This document shows positions 17,197 to 26,350 of a stretch of 64,000 bases of DNA, one piece after another. The translations under genes were made by a program, and so were the position numbers. The notes beneath the pieces are model-generated. The model ran no database searches, had not been told where the DNA came from, and worked only from the letters and a program-made list of their open reading frames with translations. The stretch covers positions 65,192 through 129,191 of the forward strand of contig JAGCUN010000011.1 of NCBI GenBank assembly GCA_017962845.1, in the 5' to 3' direction. The DNA is from Bacteroidales bacterium. GTDB lineage: Bacteria; Bacteroidota; Bacteroidia; Bacteroidales; WCHB1-69. Every line of letters begins with the position of its first letter. Positions within the stretch are counted from its first letter, which is position 1.

Positions 17197-17224
17197 GTAG
17201 AGACGTGATGCATCGCGCCTCTAC
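17197..17224. repeat. Palindromic element, copy 3 (degenerate)
   Basis: GTAGAGACGTGATGCATCGCGCCTCTAC. One arm is GAGACG and the other is GAGGCG. Confidence 0.8.
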
Positions 17225-17243
17225 CTTGTTGGTTACCGGTTTA

Positions 17244-17273
17244 TGTAGAGACGTCGCGCGCTACGTCTCTACA
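17244..17273. repeat. Palindromic element, copy 4
   Basis: TGTAGAGACGTCGCGCGCTACGTCTCTACA, with perfect 11-bp arms. It lies in the yicC-der intergenic spacer. Confidence 0.9.
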
Positions 17274-17281
17274 ATATTGTT

Positions 17282-18154
17282 TTACAGTACGTTGGCCAGT
17301 TGTTCTTTCAATTTTTCCACCTCGTCTTTCATCCGCACCACAATCTGTTGGATATTGAAGTCGCAGGCCTTGGAGCCGATGGTGTTCACCTCGCGGCCCA
17401 TCTCCTGCACGATGAAACCGAGTTTTTTGCCCTGTGAGTTGGGCTCGTTCATGGTTTGCAGGAAGTAGTTGCAGTGTTTGCGCAGGCGCACTTTTTCTTC
17501 GGTGATGTCGAGTTTTTCGATGTAGAAAATCATCTCTTGCTCGAGGCGGTTAGGGTCGTACTGGCCTTTTTGTTTGAGATCTTCCAATCCTTTGTTAAAT
17601 TTTTCTCTCTGATTGACAATGCGTTGCGTTTCAAAAGGCGTAATCTCATCAATCATGGCATCGATAAGGCGTACGCGCTTGTCGAAGTCGACGGCCAGCA
17701 CCTTACCCTCTTGGGTGCGGAAGTCGTCGCAGTGGTCGCAGGCCGCGGCGATGGCCTCCGATACTTGCTGCCAGAGCTCGTCGCTCAGTTCCTCTTTCGG
17801 GGTGGTGATGACATCAGGCAGGCGCAGCATTTGCACGAAGATGTCGCTCTCTACGGGGTTCTGCAAGTTGAACGACAACTTGACCAGTTCGTTGTAGTAA
17901 GCGCGGGCCAGTTCAGTGTTGATGCTGATGGTAGGGGTGTCGTTTTTCTCCACGTAGAGTGAAAAGTCGATTTTTCCACGTTCTAACTTTTGCGCGATGA
18001 GCGAGCGGATTTCATGTTCTTTGTCGCGGAAGAGGGGAGCGATGCGGGTGTTCAGGTCCAGCTGTTTGCTGTTTAATGTTCTGATTTCCACAACAATACT
18101 TTTGGCAGAAGCGTTGATATTCGCATTGCCGAAGCCAGTCATTGATTTGATCAT
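17282..18154 (-). CDS. yicC: YicC-family stress-induced protein
   Basis: The N-terminus MIKSMTGFG and the C-terminal DUF1732-like EMGREVNTIGSK motif are typical of YicC/YloC. Confidence 0.85.
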   Translation of the reverse strand: MIKSMTGFGNANINASAKSIVVEIRTLNSKQLDLNTRIAPLFRDKEHEIRSLIAQKLERGKIDFSLYVEKNDTPTISINTELARAYYNELVKLSFNLQNPVESDIFVQMLRLPDVITTPKEELSDELWQQVSEAIAAACDHCDDFRTQEGKVLAVDFDKRVRLIDAMIDEITPFETQRIVNQREKFNKGLEDLKQKGQYDPNRLEQEMIFYIEKLDITEEKVRLRKHCNYFLQTMNEPNSQGKKLGFIVQEMGREVNTIGSKACDFNIQQIVVRMKDEVEKLKEQLANVL

Positions 18155-18206
18155 ACCAAGAATATCTAAAAAATCATGAAAACTCGACAGTGAGTTTTTT
18201 CGGCTG

Positions 18207-18214
18207 CAAAGATA
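18207..18214 (-). promoter_or_regulatory. Bacteroidota -7 promoter box (TAnnTTTG)
   Basis: The minus strand reads TATCTTTG, about 53 nt upstream of ATG 18154. Confidence 0.5.
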
Positions 18215-18235
18215 CGATAAAAAACGGTAGCTTAA

Positions 18236-18997
18236 TCACACCTCAATCAGCTGATTGTCTATCCCTAAAAAAACATTCTGCGGTAGCTCCTGCGACACGT
18301 CCACATACTTGCCAAGACGGTGACTGACATGAGTGAGGTAGGCGCGCTCGGGCTTGATCTCCTCAATGATGGCCAACGCCTGCTCCAGATTGAAGTGTGA
18401 ATAGTGCTGCTCTCTTCTCAACGCATTGATAACCAAAACTTTTACACCCATCAGTTTCTTCTTCTCGGTTTCGGATATGAAACTCGCATCGGTGATGTAA
18501 CCGAAATTGCGGATGCGATAGCCAAAAATCGGAAGTGTCATGTGGCGCACCTTCACGGGAATTACCTCCACCCCCTTCACCTCGAAAGGCTCGGGCTGCA
18601 AGGGATTCAGTACCAGCTGCGGCACCCCCGGGTACTGGTCGGGACCAAAAGCGTAGGAGTAGTCGTTGCGGATGGCCTTCATCACACGGGGCTGTCCGTA
18701 GATGTTGAGGGGCGTTTTCATCAGGAAGTTGATGGGGCGCACGTCATCGATGCCGCCGGTATGGTCTTTGTGCTCGTGGGTCAGCAACAACGCATCAAGA
18801 CGGGTGACGCCGCAGCGCAACAGCTGCTGCCGCAGGTCGGGACCCGCATCGATCAGGATGTTTACCCCGTCCACCTCCACCAGCGCGGAGGTGCGCAACC
18901 GGTGGTCTCGCTCATCGGTGCTGGTGCAAATCGGACAGTGGCATCCAATGATGGGAATACCCTGCGAAGTTCCTGTACCCAAGAGTCTTACAAACAT
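18236..18997 (-). CDS. MBL-fold metallo-hydrolase (PhnP-like)
   Basis: HxHxDH motif (THEHKDHTGG). 253 aa, with an N-terminal Cys-rich CHCPICTS. Confidence 0.8.
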   Translation of the reverse strand: MFVRLLGTGTSQGIPIIGCHCPICTSTDERDHRLRTSALVEVDGVNILIDAGPDLRQQLLRCGVTRLDALLLTHEHKDHTGGIDDVRPINFLMKTPLNIYGQPRVMKAIRNDYSYAFGPDQYPGVPQLVLNPLQPEPFEVKGVEVIPVKVRHMTLPIFGYRIRNFGYITDASFISETEKKKLMGVKVLVINALRREQHYSHFNLEQALAIIEEIKPERAYLTHVSHRLGKYVDVSQELPQNVFLGIDNQLIEV

Positions 18998-19674
18998 TGC
19001 AGCAACTTTTCTTTCAAGATACGCATACCTACGGTGGCCTTCTCCTGGATGAACTCCACGCGAGAAGAGTGCGTCTGCACTTCCTTCGGGTCAATCAGAT
19101 AAATCTTGCAGTCGGGACGGGCGTAGTAGATGAGTCCCGCCGCCGGATATACGTTGAGCGAGGTGCCGATAATGATGAGAATGTCGGCCTTCTCCACCGC
19201 GTCAGCGGCATCGGCCAGCAGCGGCACATCCTCGCCAAACCATACGATAAACGGCCGCATCATGCCGCCATCGGCACACTTCCTGCCGTATTCAAATTCC
19301 TCATAACCAATATCTTCCACACACTTCTTTCCTCTATCGCTGCACACTTTCGTCAATTCACCGTGCAGGTGGATGACATGGGTGGAGCCGCCCCGCTCGT
19401 GCAGATTGTCCACATTCTGGGTGGCCACTGTCACGTCGAAATATTGCTCCAGCTCACCGATGATCTTGTGTGCCTCGTTGGGCTGGGCGGTCTTCAGCTG
19501 GCGGCGGCGTTCGTTGTAAAACTGCACCATAAGCGCGGGGTTTTTATACCACCCCTCAATGGTGGCCACCTCCTCCACGTTATAATTTTCCCACAGTCCG
19601 TCGCTATCGCGGAAGGTCTTGATGCCACTTTCGGCACTGACCCCCGCACCCGATAGTACCACCAATTTTTTCAT
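18988..19674 (-). CDS. cobB: NAD-dependent protein deacylase, Sir2 family (CobB)
   Basis: GAGVSAESGIKTFRD, QNVDNLHERGG and HLHGEL sirtuin motifs. 228 aa. Confidence 0.9.
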   Translation of the reverse strand: MKKLVVLSGAGVSAESGIKTFRDSDGLWENYNVEEVATIEGWYKNPALMVQFYNERRRQLKTAQPNEAHKIIGELEQYFDVTVATQNVDNLHERGGSTHVIHLHGELTKVCSDRGKKCVEDIGYEEFEYGRKCADGGMMRPFIVWFGEDVPLLADAADAVEKADILIIIGTSLNVYPAAGLIYYARPDCKIYLIDPKEVQTHSSRVEFIQEKATVGMRILKEKLLQCL

Positions 19675-19707
19675 ACTATATATATTTAAGATGATTAGTC
19701 AAAAAAT

Positions 19708-20250
19708 CTACTCCGTCATATTCACCAAAAAAGAAAAATGCAATTTTCCATATTTTCTAAGTTGGTAAAAATTAGGATGTTGTGAAAAGTCACGGTCTTT
19801 ACCATGCTCAATAATGAGCCAGCCGTCGGGTTTCAAAAGGTTGCGCTCGAACACAATCTGCGGCAGGCGCTCCACCCCTTCCAGGTCGTAGGGCGGGTCG
19901 GCGAAGATGATATCCACCGGCTGGCGCAACCGCTCCACATACTGGAACGCATCGGCCTTGATGGCGGTCACATTCAGGTATTGCAGCTGGGCGGCGGTCT
20001 TCTTGATGAAATCCACGCACCCCGCGTATGAATCGACGGAGGTGACGGAGATGGCCCCACGCGAGGCAAACTCCAGACTCACGTTGCCCGTGCCGGCAAA
20101 GAGGTCGATGACGGTGATGGCGTCGAAGAAAAAGTAGTTGTTGAGAATGTTGAACAGGCTCTCCTTGCCCAAGTCGGTGGTGGGCCTGACGGGAAGCGTG
20201 GTGGGTGCCACAATCTTCCTTCCCTTATTTTTTCCGGCGATAATACGCAT
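19708..20250 (-). CDS. rsmD: 16S rRNA (guanine966-N2)-methyltransferase RsmD
   Basis: MRIIAGKNKGRKI.., the SAM motif DLFAGTGNVSLEFASRGA, and the DPPY motif (IFADPPY). Confidence 0.9.
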   Translation of the reverse strand: MRIIAGKNKGRKIVAPTTLPVRPTTDLGKESLFNILNNYFFFDAITVIDLFAGTGNVSLEFASRGAISVTSVDSYAGCVDFIKKTAAQLQYLNVTAIKADAFQYVERLRQPVDIIFADPPYDLEGVERLPQIVFERNLLKPDGWLIIEHGKDRDFSQHPNFYQLRKYGKLHFSFLVNMTE

Positions 20251-20253
20251 AGT

Positions 20254-21015
20254 TTACTGAATTCCGATAAGTTGTAGATATGTAGCTGCGGATTCTTTCT
20301 GCCCCTTCACATCTGTCACACTCACTCCTTTTTCCACATTCCGTAGGTGAGGAAGATGGCGTTTGATCAGCTGCACAAAGCCTTTGAACTCTGGCGCGTC
20401 GCCCGTGATCACCAGGTCGGTTTCATCGCGGCGGGCCTCCTGCTGCTGAAGGAGGTGCAACACATAATAGAAGGCATCCTCTTTTGTGGTATAGGTCAAT
20501 TCGCTGATGATGAACAATTTACCATTTTTCATCAAAATAAACCCCATCCTATTGCCGCAGAAATGGAGCAACAGTTGGTTGGGAAATTCCGACGGGCACT
20601 GTGCCAGATATTGGTAGAGCAGCGTATAGGTGTGATGGAATTTCGGATTCTGAAGCGTGGTGCGCATGGGCAAAGTCTTGCTCAACGGCAGGGCGTATAT
20701 AGCCACATATTCTCCCAAATCATCCTCAAACACCTCGTCGCTGTCCGACACCTCCTGCTGCATCTTCAAGTATTGTGAGGCGGGAGTTTGGTATAATGCC
20801 TTGGGCACGAGGAACGGAGGCGTGAAGTTGAGCGACACCAGGGTCTGTTCGGCGGGAGGGGTGAAAAAAGAGCCACACTCCCGTTGCATCGTGGAGAGTG
20901 TGGTGCTTTTGTAAGTTTCAACAATAAAGGGTCCCGAAGGTTGGCTTTTAAGTAGTGAGAATCCTACGGGAGAAAAATGGATGGCGTGATGAACAGGCTT
21001 AGTGCGCGGCGCCAT
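20254..21015 (-). CDS. Conserved hypothetical protein (DUF3822-like, usual neighbour of rsmD in Bacteroidota)
   Basis: The call rests on position next to rsmD, size, and a GFSLL segment near the N-terminus. The first ATG is 21015; the ORF opens at TTG 21030. The start is uncertain. Confidence 0.4.
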   Translation of the reverse strand: MAPRTKPVHHAIHFSPVGFSLLKSQPSGPFIVETYKSTTLSTMQRECGSFFTPPAEQTLVSLNFTPPFLVPKALYQTPASQYLKMQQEVSDSDEVFEDDLGEYVAIYALPLSKTLPMRTTLQNPKFHHTYTLLYQYLAQCPSEFPNQLLLHFCGNRMGFILMKNGKLFIISELTYTTKEDAFYYVLHLLQQQEARRDETDLVITGDAPEFKGFVQLIKRHLPHLRNVEKGVSVTDVKGQKESAATYLQLIGIQ

Positions 21016-21748
21016 AGGCGGTGATTTCAAGTGAGTTGACGGTGGTGTCGCCTAACTGCAACCCTGTGAAGTTACGGATTTCACGCAAATCCTTGAGGCT
21101 TTTCTTCTTGACTTCCGGATTGTAAACGTCGTCCATGTGATTGTAGAAGCCTTTCGTCAGGAAGGATTTCGGCAGAGACTCGTTAAAGTTAGCCATCAGA
21201 TTTTCGATGGGCACATACACAGCAAATTTGGTGATGACGCTGTCGGCAGCGGAAGTTTCAATTTTGTATTTGGTTTTGGTGTAAGGGATGTAGTAAAACT
21301 CATCCATGGTGATCAAATTGCCGTCTTTTTTAGCATTCTTCTCGGCTAATTCGCTCTCCATTCTCATCTTAACGGAAGTCTCGGTAGTATCGAAAACCAC
21401 ATAACCATGTTCCTCTCGCTGTTTCATGGTCATGTTCATGAATTTTTCCATGAATTTTTCATCAGTGAGGCTGTCTTTGGGAGGATTTTCTCTTGAGTTG
21501 ATAGAAATCAGAACGCCATTCTCATAAAAGTCAATCAAGGTGTCGATGTGAGAGGCATAGCAATGGTAGCGTTCATGATAAAGTTCCTGCAACAGCAGAA
21601 TGGAGGTGAGACGGTTGGTATTCAGCTCGCAACGTTCATTGTACACCGCTTCATACTTGGCAGGACGGAGGATAGCTCGCAAGTTGAAAAAGATAAGAAC
21701 TGCTACTACAAGTCCTAAAAAGACAGTCAAAGCCACTTTACTTTTCAT
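20999..21748 (-). CDS. Hypothetical membrane-anchored protein
   Basis: Single N-terminal TM (VALTVFLGLVVAVLIFF). No recognised domain. Confidence 0.5.
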   Translation of the reverse strand: MKSKVALTVFLGLVVAVLIFFNLRAILRPAKYEAVYNERCELNTNRLTSILLLQELYHERYHCYASHIDTLIDFYENGVLISINSRENPPKDSLTDEKFMEKFMNMTMKQREEHGYVVFDTTETSVKMRMESELAEKNAKKDGNLITMDEFYYIPYTKTKYKIETSAADSVITKFAVYVPIENLMANFNESLPKSFLTKGFYNHMDDVYNPEVKKKSLKDLREIRNFTGLQLGDTTVNSLEITAYGAAH

Positions 21749-21796
21749 AGTATTTCGTTGATTTTATTGGATTCTTAATCTGAAAAAAACTGACGG

Positions 21797-21804
21797 CAAA
21801 AATA
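21797..21804 (-). promoter_or_regulatory. Bacteroidota -7 promoter box (TAnnTTTG)
   Basis: The minus strand reads TATTTTTG, upstream of ATG 21748. Confidence 0.45.
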
Positions 21805-21859
21805 CTAAAAATTCAGATTATGCCAGCACATTTTCGCGTTTTTATAAAAAAAATTCATG

Positions 21860-21867
21860 TATGTTTG
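21860..21867 (+). promoter_or_regulatory. Bacteroidota -7 promoter box (TAnnTTTG)
   Basis: TATGTTTG ends 18 nt before ATG 21886. Confidence 0.45.
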
Positions 21868-21885
21868 CACTTCAAAATTTCTAAC

Positions 21886-22863
21886 ATGTTCTATCTGCTC
21901 AGAAAAGCGCATCTTTTGCAATTGTTTGTTGGTTTGTCAGTCCTGTTGTTTTGCGGGGTGGAGATTTTTATTAAACCTCTGGATACCAGTTTGTTCTGTG
22001 GTTCTCTTCCTTGTGCGACCCTCCTTGTTCAATGGCTGATGGTGCATCCTGTTGGAGCGCATTTTTTTGTATTCATTTTGTTCTTGTTACAGGTGGGACT
22101 CCTGTTCCATTATGTCAGGAAGAGCGATTTTTTGGACGAAGAAAATGTACTTTCGATTCTATTTTTCTGTGCAATTTCATTGGGCATGGGCATTTTTCTC
22201 CCTTTGTCGCCCGCTTGGTTCACCAACACGGCGGCTTTGGCTGTGTTGAATCTTAGCAACTATGCCAACAACACTTCTCACAGCAAGACTTTTCTGTTGT
22301 TTGCTGGTATTGTGCTGGGAGTGGCTACCTTGTTTGATTTGACTGCATTATTGCTTATACTTTTTTTCATTCTGCATATTCTTATCAATCAGATTGACAA
22401 GCTACGCGACTTTATGGCTATGATATGTGGTATCCTTCTCCCATATTGCTATCTCTTTGTGTACCATTATCTTGCGGGTTCATTGCTTGAGTATTTGCAC
22501 TCTTTTTCCCAAATCAGACTTCAGTTTCCCCTTTTCACCCAAAGCCATTTTACACTTTTTACATTTATAGCATTAGGGCTGGGACTCCTATTAACTATTT
22601 ATGTTTTGATTAGAATTAAAGTTCTGTATAATAATAAATTAATAGTTGTTCGCCGAAGATTTCTTTTCCTCTGTGTTTTTTTCGGTTTCAACATCCTCAT
22701 GTTGCTTACCACCAATGTGGTCTATCCATACTCTCTTCATTATGTGTTAATTCCGGTAACAGTCGCAGTCATTGCGTTCATTCCTGTAAAGAATTTTGCC
22801 ATTTCTACCGAAGTTTTGCTGATATTTCTCACGGCATCTTTTGTGGTGATGGCCAGATTTTAA
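21886..22863 (+). CDS. Polytopic integral membrane protein of unknown function
   Basis: About 9 hydrophobic segments. AT-richer than its neighbours. The start is set at the ATG downstream of the -7 box. Confidence 0.5.
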   Translation: MFYLLRKAHLLQLFVGLSVLLFCGVEIFIKPLDTSLFCGSLPCATLLVQWLMVHPVGAHFFVFILFLLQVGLLFHYVRKSDFLDEENVLSILFFCAISLGMGIFLPLSPAWFTNTAALAVLNLSNYANNTSHSKTFLLFAGIVLGVATLFDLTALLLILFFILHILINQIDKLRDFMAMICGILLPYCYLFVYHYLAGSLLEYLHSFSQIRLQFPLFTQSHFTLFTFIALGLGLLLTIYVLIRIKVLYNNKLIVVRRRFLFLCVFFGFNILMLLTTNVVYPYSLHYVLIPVTVAVIAFIPVKNFAISTEVLLIFLTASFVVMARF

Positions 22864-22877
22864 TACCACTATTTTAT

Positions 22878-23456
22878 TTACAAATTTATAAAAGAGAAAA
22901 CGCCATGCTCGTACAAGGTGTGTACGCCAAGGCCTATCAGCACCACGCCTGCCGTGATGGAGGCCCACTTCGTCGGGATGGGAAACTTCCGCTTTCCCAG
23001 AAACACACCTAACATGGCCGACAGGAAGGTGACGACGGCAATCACCAGCACTGTCATCAGAATCTGCGGAATGGTGTTGTCCACCCCTAACCCAATGCCC
23101 ACCACGAAGGCGTCAATGCTGGTGGCCACCGCCAACGTGCAGATCACCCAAAAACGCGACACGTCGAAATTGCCTTTGCCTTCATCGCTGCGGATGCCGT
23201 CCACGATCATCTTGACTCCCACCGCGGCCAACAACCCGAAAGCAATCCAATGATCCACGCTCTCGATCAACCGCTGGCACACATTGCCGATGAGCGCACC
23301 CAACAGCGGGAATCCGCCCTGAAACAGTGCGAAAGTAACCGCCATCAGCACCCCCCGCGAGTAACTGAACTTCGACTTCAGACCGCAAGTGGTCGATACG
23401 ACTAACGTATCCACACAGAGGGCAAGTCCTAAAACAACGGCTTCTACAAAAGTCAT
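22878..23456 (-). CDS. mntP: Manganese efflux pump MntP
   Basis: 192 aa, with two DUF204-type repeats (LALCVDTLVVS.. and ATSIDAFVVG..) and six TM segments. Confidence 0.8.
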   Translation of the reverse strand: MTFVEAVVLGLALCVDTLVVSTTCGLKSKFSYSRGVLMAVTFALFQGGFPLLGALIGNVCQRLIESVDHWIAFGLLAAVGVKMIVDGIRSDEGKGNFDVSRFWVICTLAVATSIDAFVVGIGLGVDNTIPQILMTVLVIAVVTFLSAMLGVFLGKRKFPIPTKWASITAGVVLIGLGVHTLYEHGVFSFINL

Positions 23457-23459
23457 CGG

Positions 23460-24503
23460 CTACTCTGTCGCTTTTTTGTGCGGGAAAATCAATGATCCCA
23501 CAATCGACATCACCAAAATCCCCAAAATGATCAACAGGGAGAGCAGGGTGGAAATCTCCAAGTGGAAAAATTCATGCCCGATCATCTTCACCCCAATAAA
23601 GGTCAGCAGCACGCCCAAACCGTATTTGAGCAGCCAGAATAGCGAGGTGACATTGCTAAGCAGGAAAAATAGCGAACGTAACCCCATGATAGCAAATATG
23701 TTAGAGAAAAATACAATGAAGGGGTCGGTGGTGACGGAAAAGACCGCCGGGATGGAGTCCACCGCAAAAATGATGTCGCTGAACTCGATGACCAGCAGCA
23801 CCAAAAACAGGGGGGTCATGAAATTTTTGCCGTCAATCTTGGTGAAGAAATCGTGGCCATGCACCTCCGGCGTGGTGCGGAAGTGCTTGGCGGCAAACTT
23901 CACAATGGGATGGTTGGCGGTATCCACCTTCTCATCGCTCTTGCTGACAAACATTTTGATACCACTATAAATCAAGATGGCACCAAAAATGGCCAGCACC
24001 CACGAGAATTTCTGCACCATGGCTCCTAATGCAAAAATGAAGGCGAAACGCAGGATGATGGCCCCCAAAATTCCCCAAAACAATATCCGATGATAGTACT
24101 TTTTGTCGATGCCAAAGCTCACAAAAATCATAATCATCACGAAGATATTGTCAATGGAAAGCGACTCTTCCAAGAAGTAGCCAGCCAAGTATTGGGTGAA
24201 AATCTCCTTGCGATAGATTTGTAAACTGCTCTCATAGTCCATCCCCTCATGAATCAGCTTCGAGAGGTCGCTGTTGCCCACAAAGGCCAGCAAATCCTCC
24301 ATGTTGCCGATGCCATGAATCCACTCGGCCTTGAACCACAACAGGGCGGCAAAACCCATGGCCAAAAGCACCCATACCAACGTCCACGTGGCCGCCTCCT
24401 TGTTGCTGATAGCATGGTCTTTTTTATGAAAAACGCCCAAGTCCAATGCCAACATCACGATGATGAAGGCCATAAAAAGGATGAAAAATAAGATTCGAGC
24501 CAT
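23460..24503 (-). CDS. TerC-family integral membrane protein (Alx/TerC-type, putative metal exporter)
   Basis: Conserved TerC motifs LEESLSIDNIFV and EFSDIIFAVDSIPAV. Confidence 0.85.
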   Translation of the reverse strand: MARILFFILFMAFIIVMLALDLGVFHKKDHAISNKEAATWTLVWVLLAMGFAALLWFKAEWIHGIGNMEDLLAFVGNSDLSKLIHEGMDYESSLQIYRKEIFTQYLAGYFLEESLSIDNIFVMIMIFVSFGIDKKYYHRILFWGILGAIILRFAFIFALGAMVQKFSWVLAIFGAILIYSGIKMFVSKSDEKVDTANHPIVKFAAKHFRTTPEVHGHDFFTKIDGKNFMTPLFLVLLVIEFSDIIFAVDSIPAVFSVTTDPFIVFFSNIFAIMGLRSLFFLLSNVTSLFWLLKYGLGVLLTFIGVKMIGHEFFHLEISTLLSLLIILGILVMSIVGSLIFPHKKATE

Positions 24504-24517
24504 AAATTTTATGTTTC

Positions 24518-24550
24518 TAAAAAAACGGGCACATTTTCATGTGCCCGTTT
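24518..24550 (-). terminator. Rho-independent terminator
   Basis: The minus strand reads AAACGGGCACATGAAAATGTGCCCGTTTTTTTAG, directly after the stop codon of the 24568-26322 gene. Confidence 0.8.
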
Positions 24551-24567
24551 GAGGTTCTTTGGAAAGA

Positions 24568-26322
24568 TTATTGTCTCACAACTTTGGTCTTACCCACCAT
24601 TTCGTTGCCGTTGAAGATGCAGATGAAATAAACGCCCTGTGAAAGCTGGCTCATCTTGATGGTGTTAGCACCATTGTTGATGGCCTGGCTGTCGACCAGC
24701 TCGCCCATCATGTTGTAGATGGCTGCGTGGGTGGCCTCACCATTGATTTCGAGGGTGATATTGCCCGGGGTCGGGTTCGGATAAGCCACAGTCTGGAGAG
24801 CCGGATTCTCGTTCACCAGCGTACCATCATCGAGGGTCTTGGGCAGGATGTAGTAGCGGGATTCTACGCGGGGAGAACCGTAACCGTTGGAGTAGGCGGC
24901 AGTACGCATGTTCACACCTATAATGTTGCAAGCGGTGGTCGGGATGTTAGCACCCACCTGCGTGTCGTACTGGCCCGTGAAATATACGGCCGTGTCGGTA
25001 ACACCGTTCTGGGTAACCGTGTAGCGAATCTGCTTGGTGAAAGTACCGGTCTCGTTGAAAGTGACATTCTCAAGCTTGATGAGCTGTCCCTGAATGCCAT
25101 CCATGTACTCCTGATCCTGCAGCTGGGCCAAAGTCACCACGATGGGGGCGGGAGTTGCGGAGGGGAAGGCGTTGATGTCGGCGTTGGCAATACCTGCCAT
25201 CACCTTGAATTCGGTGTAACCGAAATAGTTGCTGACATGACCAATCACGTTGGTAATCTCTTGGTCAACAGACACATTGGTAAGATGAGCATCGGGGTCG
25301 TAGAGCTGGATAGCGCCGGTCTCGTCCTGGATCCATTTGGTGTAGCTGCCGGTCTTGAAGACCTGGGTCACATAACCTTGTCCGGTATATCTGTAGAAGG
25401 CGGAGGTGTCGGTCACGTTGGCGTTCACATCGCTGTTGTCGATGAGGGCGCGGAGGGCAGCGATAGTAGGAACATCGGTAATCTCGATGACGTGAGCGGT
25501 GAGCTCCACAGTGGCGGTATAGTCGCTGTTGGTGAGGGTGAGTGTGGCGGTGTAGTTGCCGGCAGCGGCAGCGCTGAAGCTGATCGGGATGGACACACCG
25601 TTGTCGGTCATCAGGTCGTCGTTGGCGACGGTGGTGGCGGTGGTAGCAAACTGAGTATCACCACTGATGGATACGGTAGTGGTGCCGCCGGCGGTCAGGT
25701 TGTAACCATGGGCCGTAAGCGTGGAGGTGCAAGCCTGGTTGACCGACACGTTGTTGAAGCTGGTGGTGCCCTGAACGCTCATGGTCGGGTCGGTAGCGGC
25801 ATAGATATAAATATTGTCGATGAATGCTCTGGGAGAACCCTCGAAGCGGATGGTAGTGGCACCGCCGCCGGCAGCGATAAGCTCGAAAGTGGTGAGGTCG
25901 CACTGCACATCGCTGGTCTGACCGCTATTAGCAAGACCTTCCACGGTGTAAGCTGTGCTGTTGACCGTTACCGTCATGGTGCTGCCATCGTTAGCATTGT
26001 TGGTATTCCATGCGCGGGCGTCGAACACGATGCGGATGCTGCCCACGCCGCTCAGGTCGAGGGCGGGGGTCTCAATCCAGCCATTCTCGGAGCCAGTACC
26101 TACTTTCACCTTTCCATTGGCAGGATAGGCTTTGTAGGAACTCCAGCCGGGGAGCACGTCAGCCAACGTGTTGTTGTTAAATGCGGAACTACTGGCATCA
26201 CACTGCTGTGTACCGCTGCCCGTTACCGAAGAGAAGTTTTCCGAGAAAATCGGGTCATTCTGCGCACTGAGGGTGAAAACCGTCATCAGCGCAAGGACAA
26301 AAAGGGTAAGGATTTTTTTCAT
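24568..26322 (-). CDS. T9SS-sorted surface protein of unknown function
   Basis: The signal peptide MKKILTLFVLALMTVFTLSAQ starts at ATG 26322. The C-terminal T9SS domain is VAYPNPTPGNITLEI..GVYFICIF. A central segment (FYRYTGQGYVTQVF..WIQDETGAIQLYD) resembles OB-fold-like modules of secreted Bacteroidota proteins, but this is tentative. Confidence 0.7.
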   Translation of the reverse strand: MKKILTLFVLALMTVFTLSAQNDPIFSENFSSVTGSGTQQCDASSSAFNNNTLADVLPGWSSYKAYPANGKVKVGTGSENGWIETPALDLSGVGSIRIVFDARAWNTNNANDGSTMTVTVNSTAYTVEGLANSGQTSDVQCDLTTFELIAAGGGATTIRFEGSPRAFIDNIYIYAATDPTMSVQGTTSFNNVSVNQACTSTLTAHGYNLTAGGTTTVSISGDTQFATTATTVANDDLMTDNGVSIPISFSAAAAGNYTATLTLTNSDYTATVELTAHVIEITDVPTIAALRALIDNSDVNANVTDTSAFYRYTGQGYVTQVFKTGSYTKWIQDETGAIQLYDPDAHLTNVSVDQEITNVIGHVSNYFGYTEFKVMAGIANADINAFPSATPAPIVVTLAQLQDQEYMDGIQGQLIKLENVTFNETGTFTKQIRYTVTQNGVTDTAVYFTGQYDTQVGANIPTTACNIIGVNMRTAAYSNGYGSPRVESRYYILPKTLDDGTLVNENPALQTVAYPNPTPGNITLEINGEATHAAIYNMMGELVDSQAINNGANTIKMSQLSQGVYFICIFNGNEMVGKTKVVRQ

Positions 26323-26350
26323 TTTTTTGATGTTTAAGTTGATAAAATAT

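Noticed and set aside
17197-17273. The palindromic repeats (also at 49575-49718) might be a small CRISPR array.
   Set aside because: There are only two copies per site. At 49575-49718 the DNA between the copies is itself part of the duplicated 72-bp unit. Copies are dispersed singly elsewhere, and no cas genes are present.
18988-19674. The Sir2-family gene might be an anti-phage (Thoeris/DSR-like) effector.
   Set aside because: It is a short 228-aa canonical CobB-type deacylase with intact sirtuin motifs and no extra sensor or effector domains. It sits among housekeeping genes (rsmD, MBL hydrolase, yicC, der).
24727-26337. A 536-aa plus-strand ORF lies opposite the T9SS surface protein gene. 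Similar ORFs occur at 466-1722, 9491-10813, 45305-46195, 47436-48185, 48236-49291, 55280-56032, 56155-56949, 59367-60443 and 62351-62935.
   Set aside because: The explanation is the same as for the previous entry. All are antisense to genes with recognisable domains or signal peptides, and all have Gly/Val/Asp/His-rich composition with no motifs.
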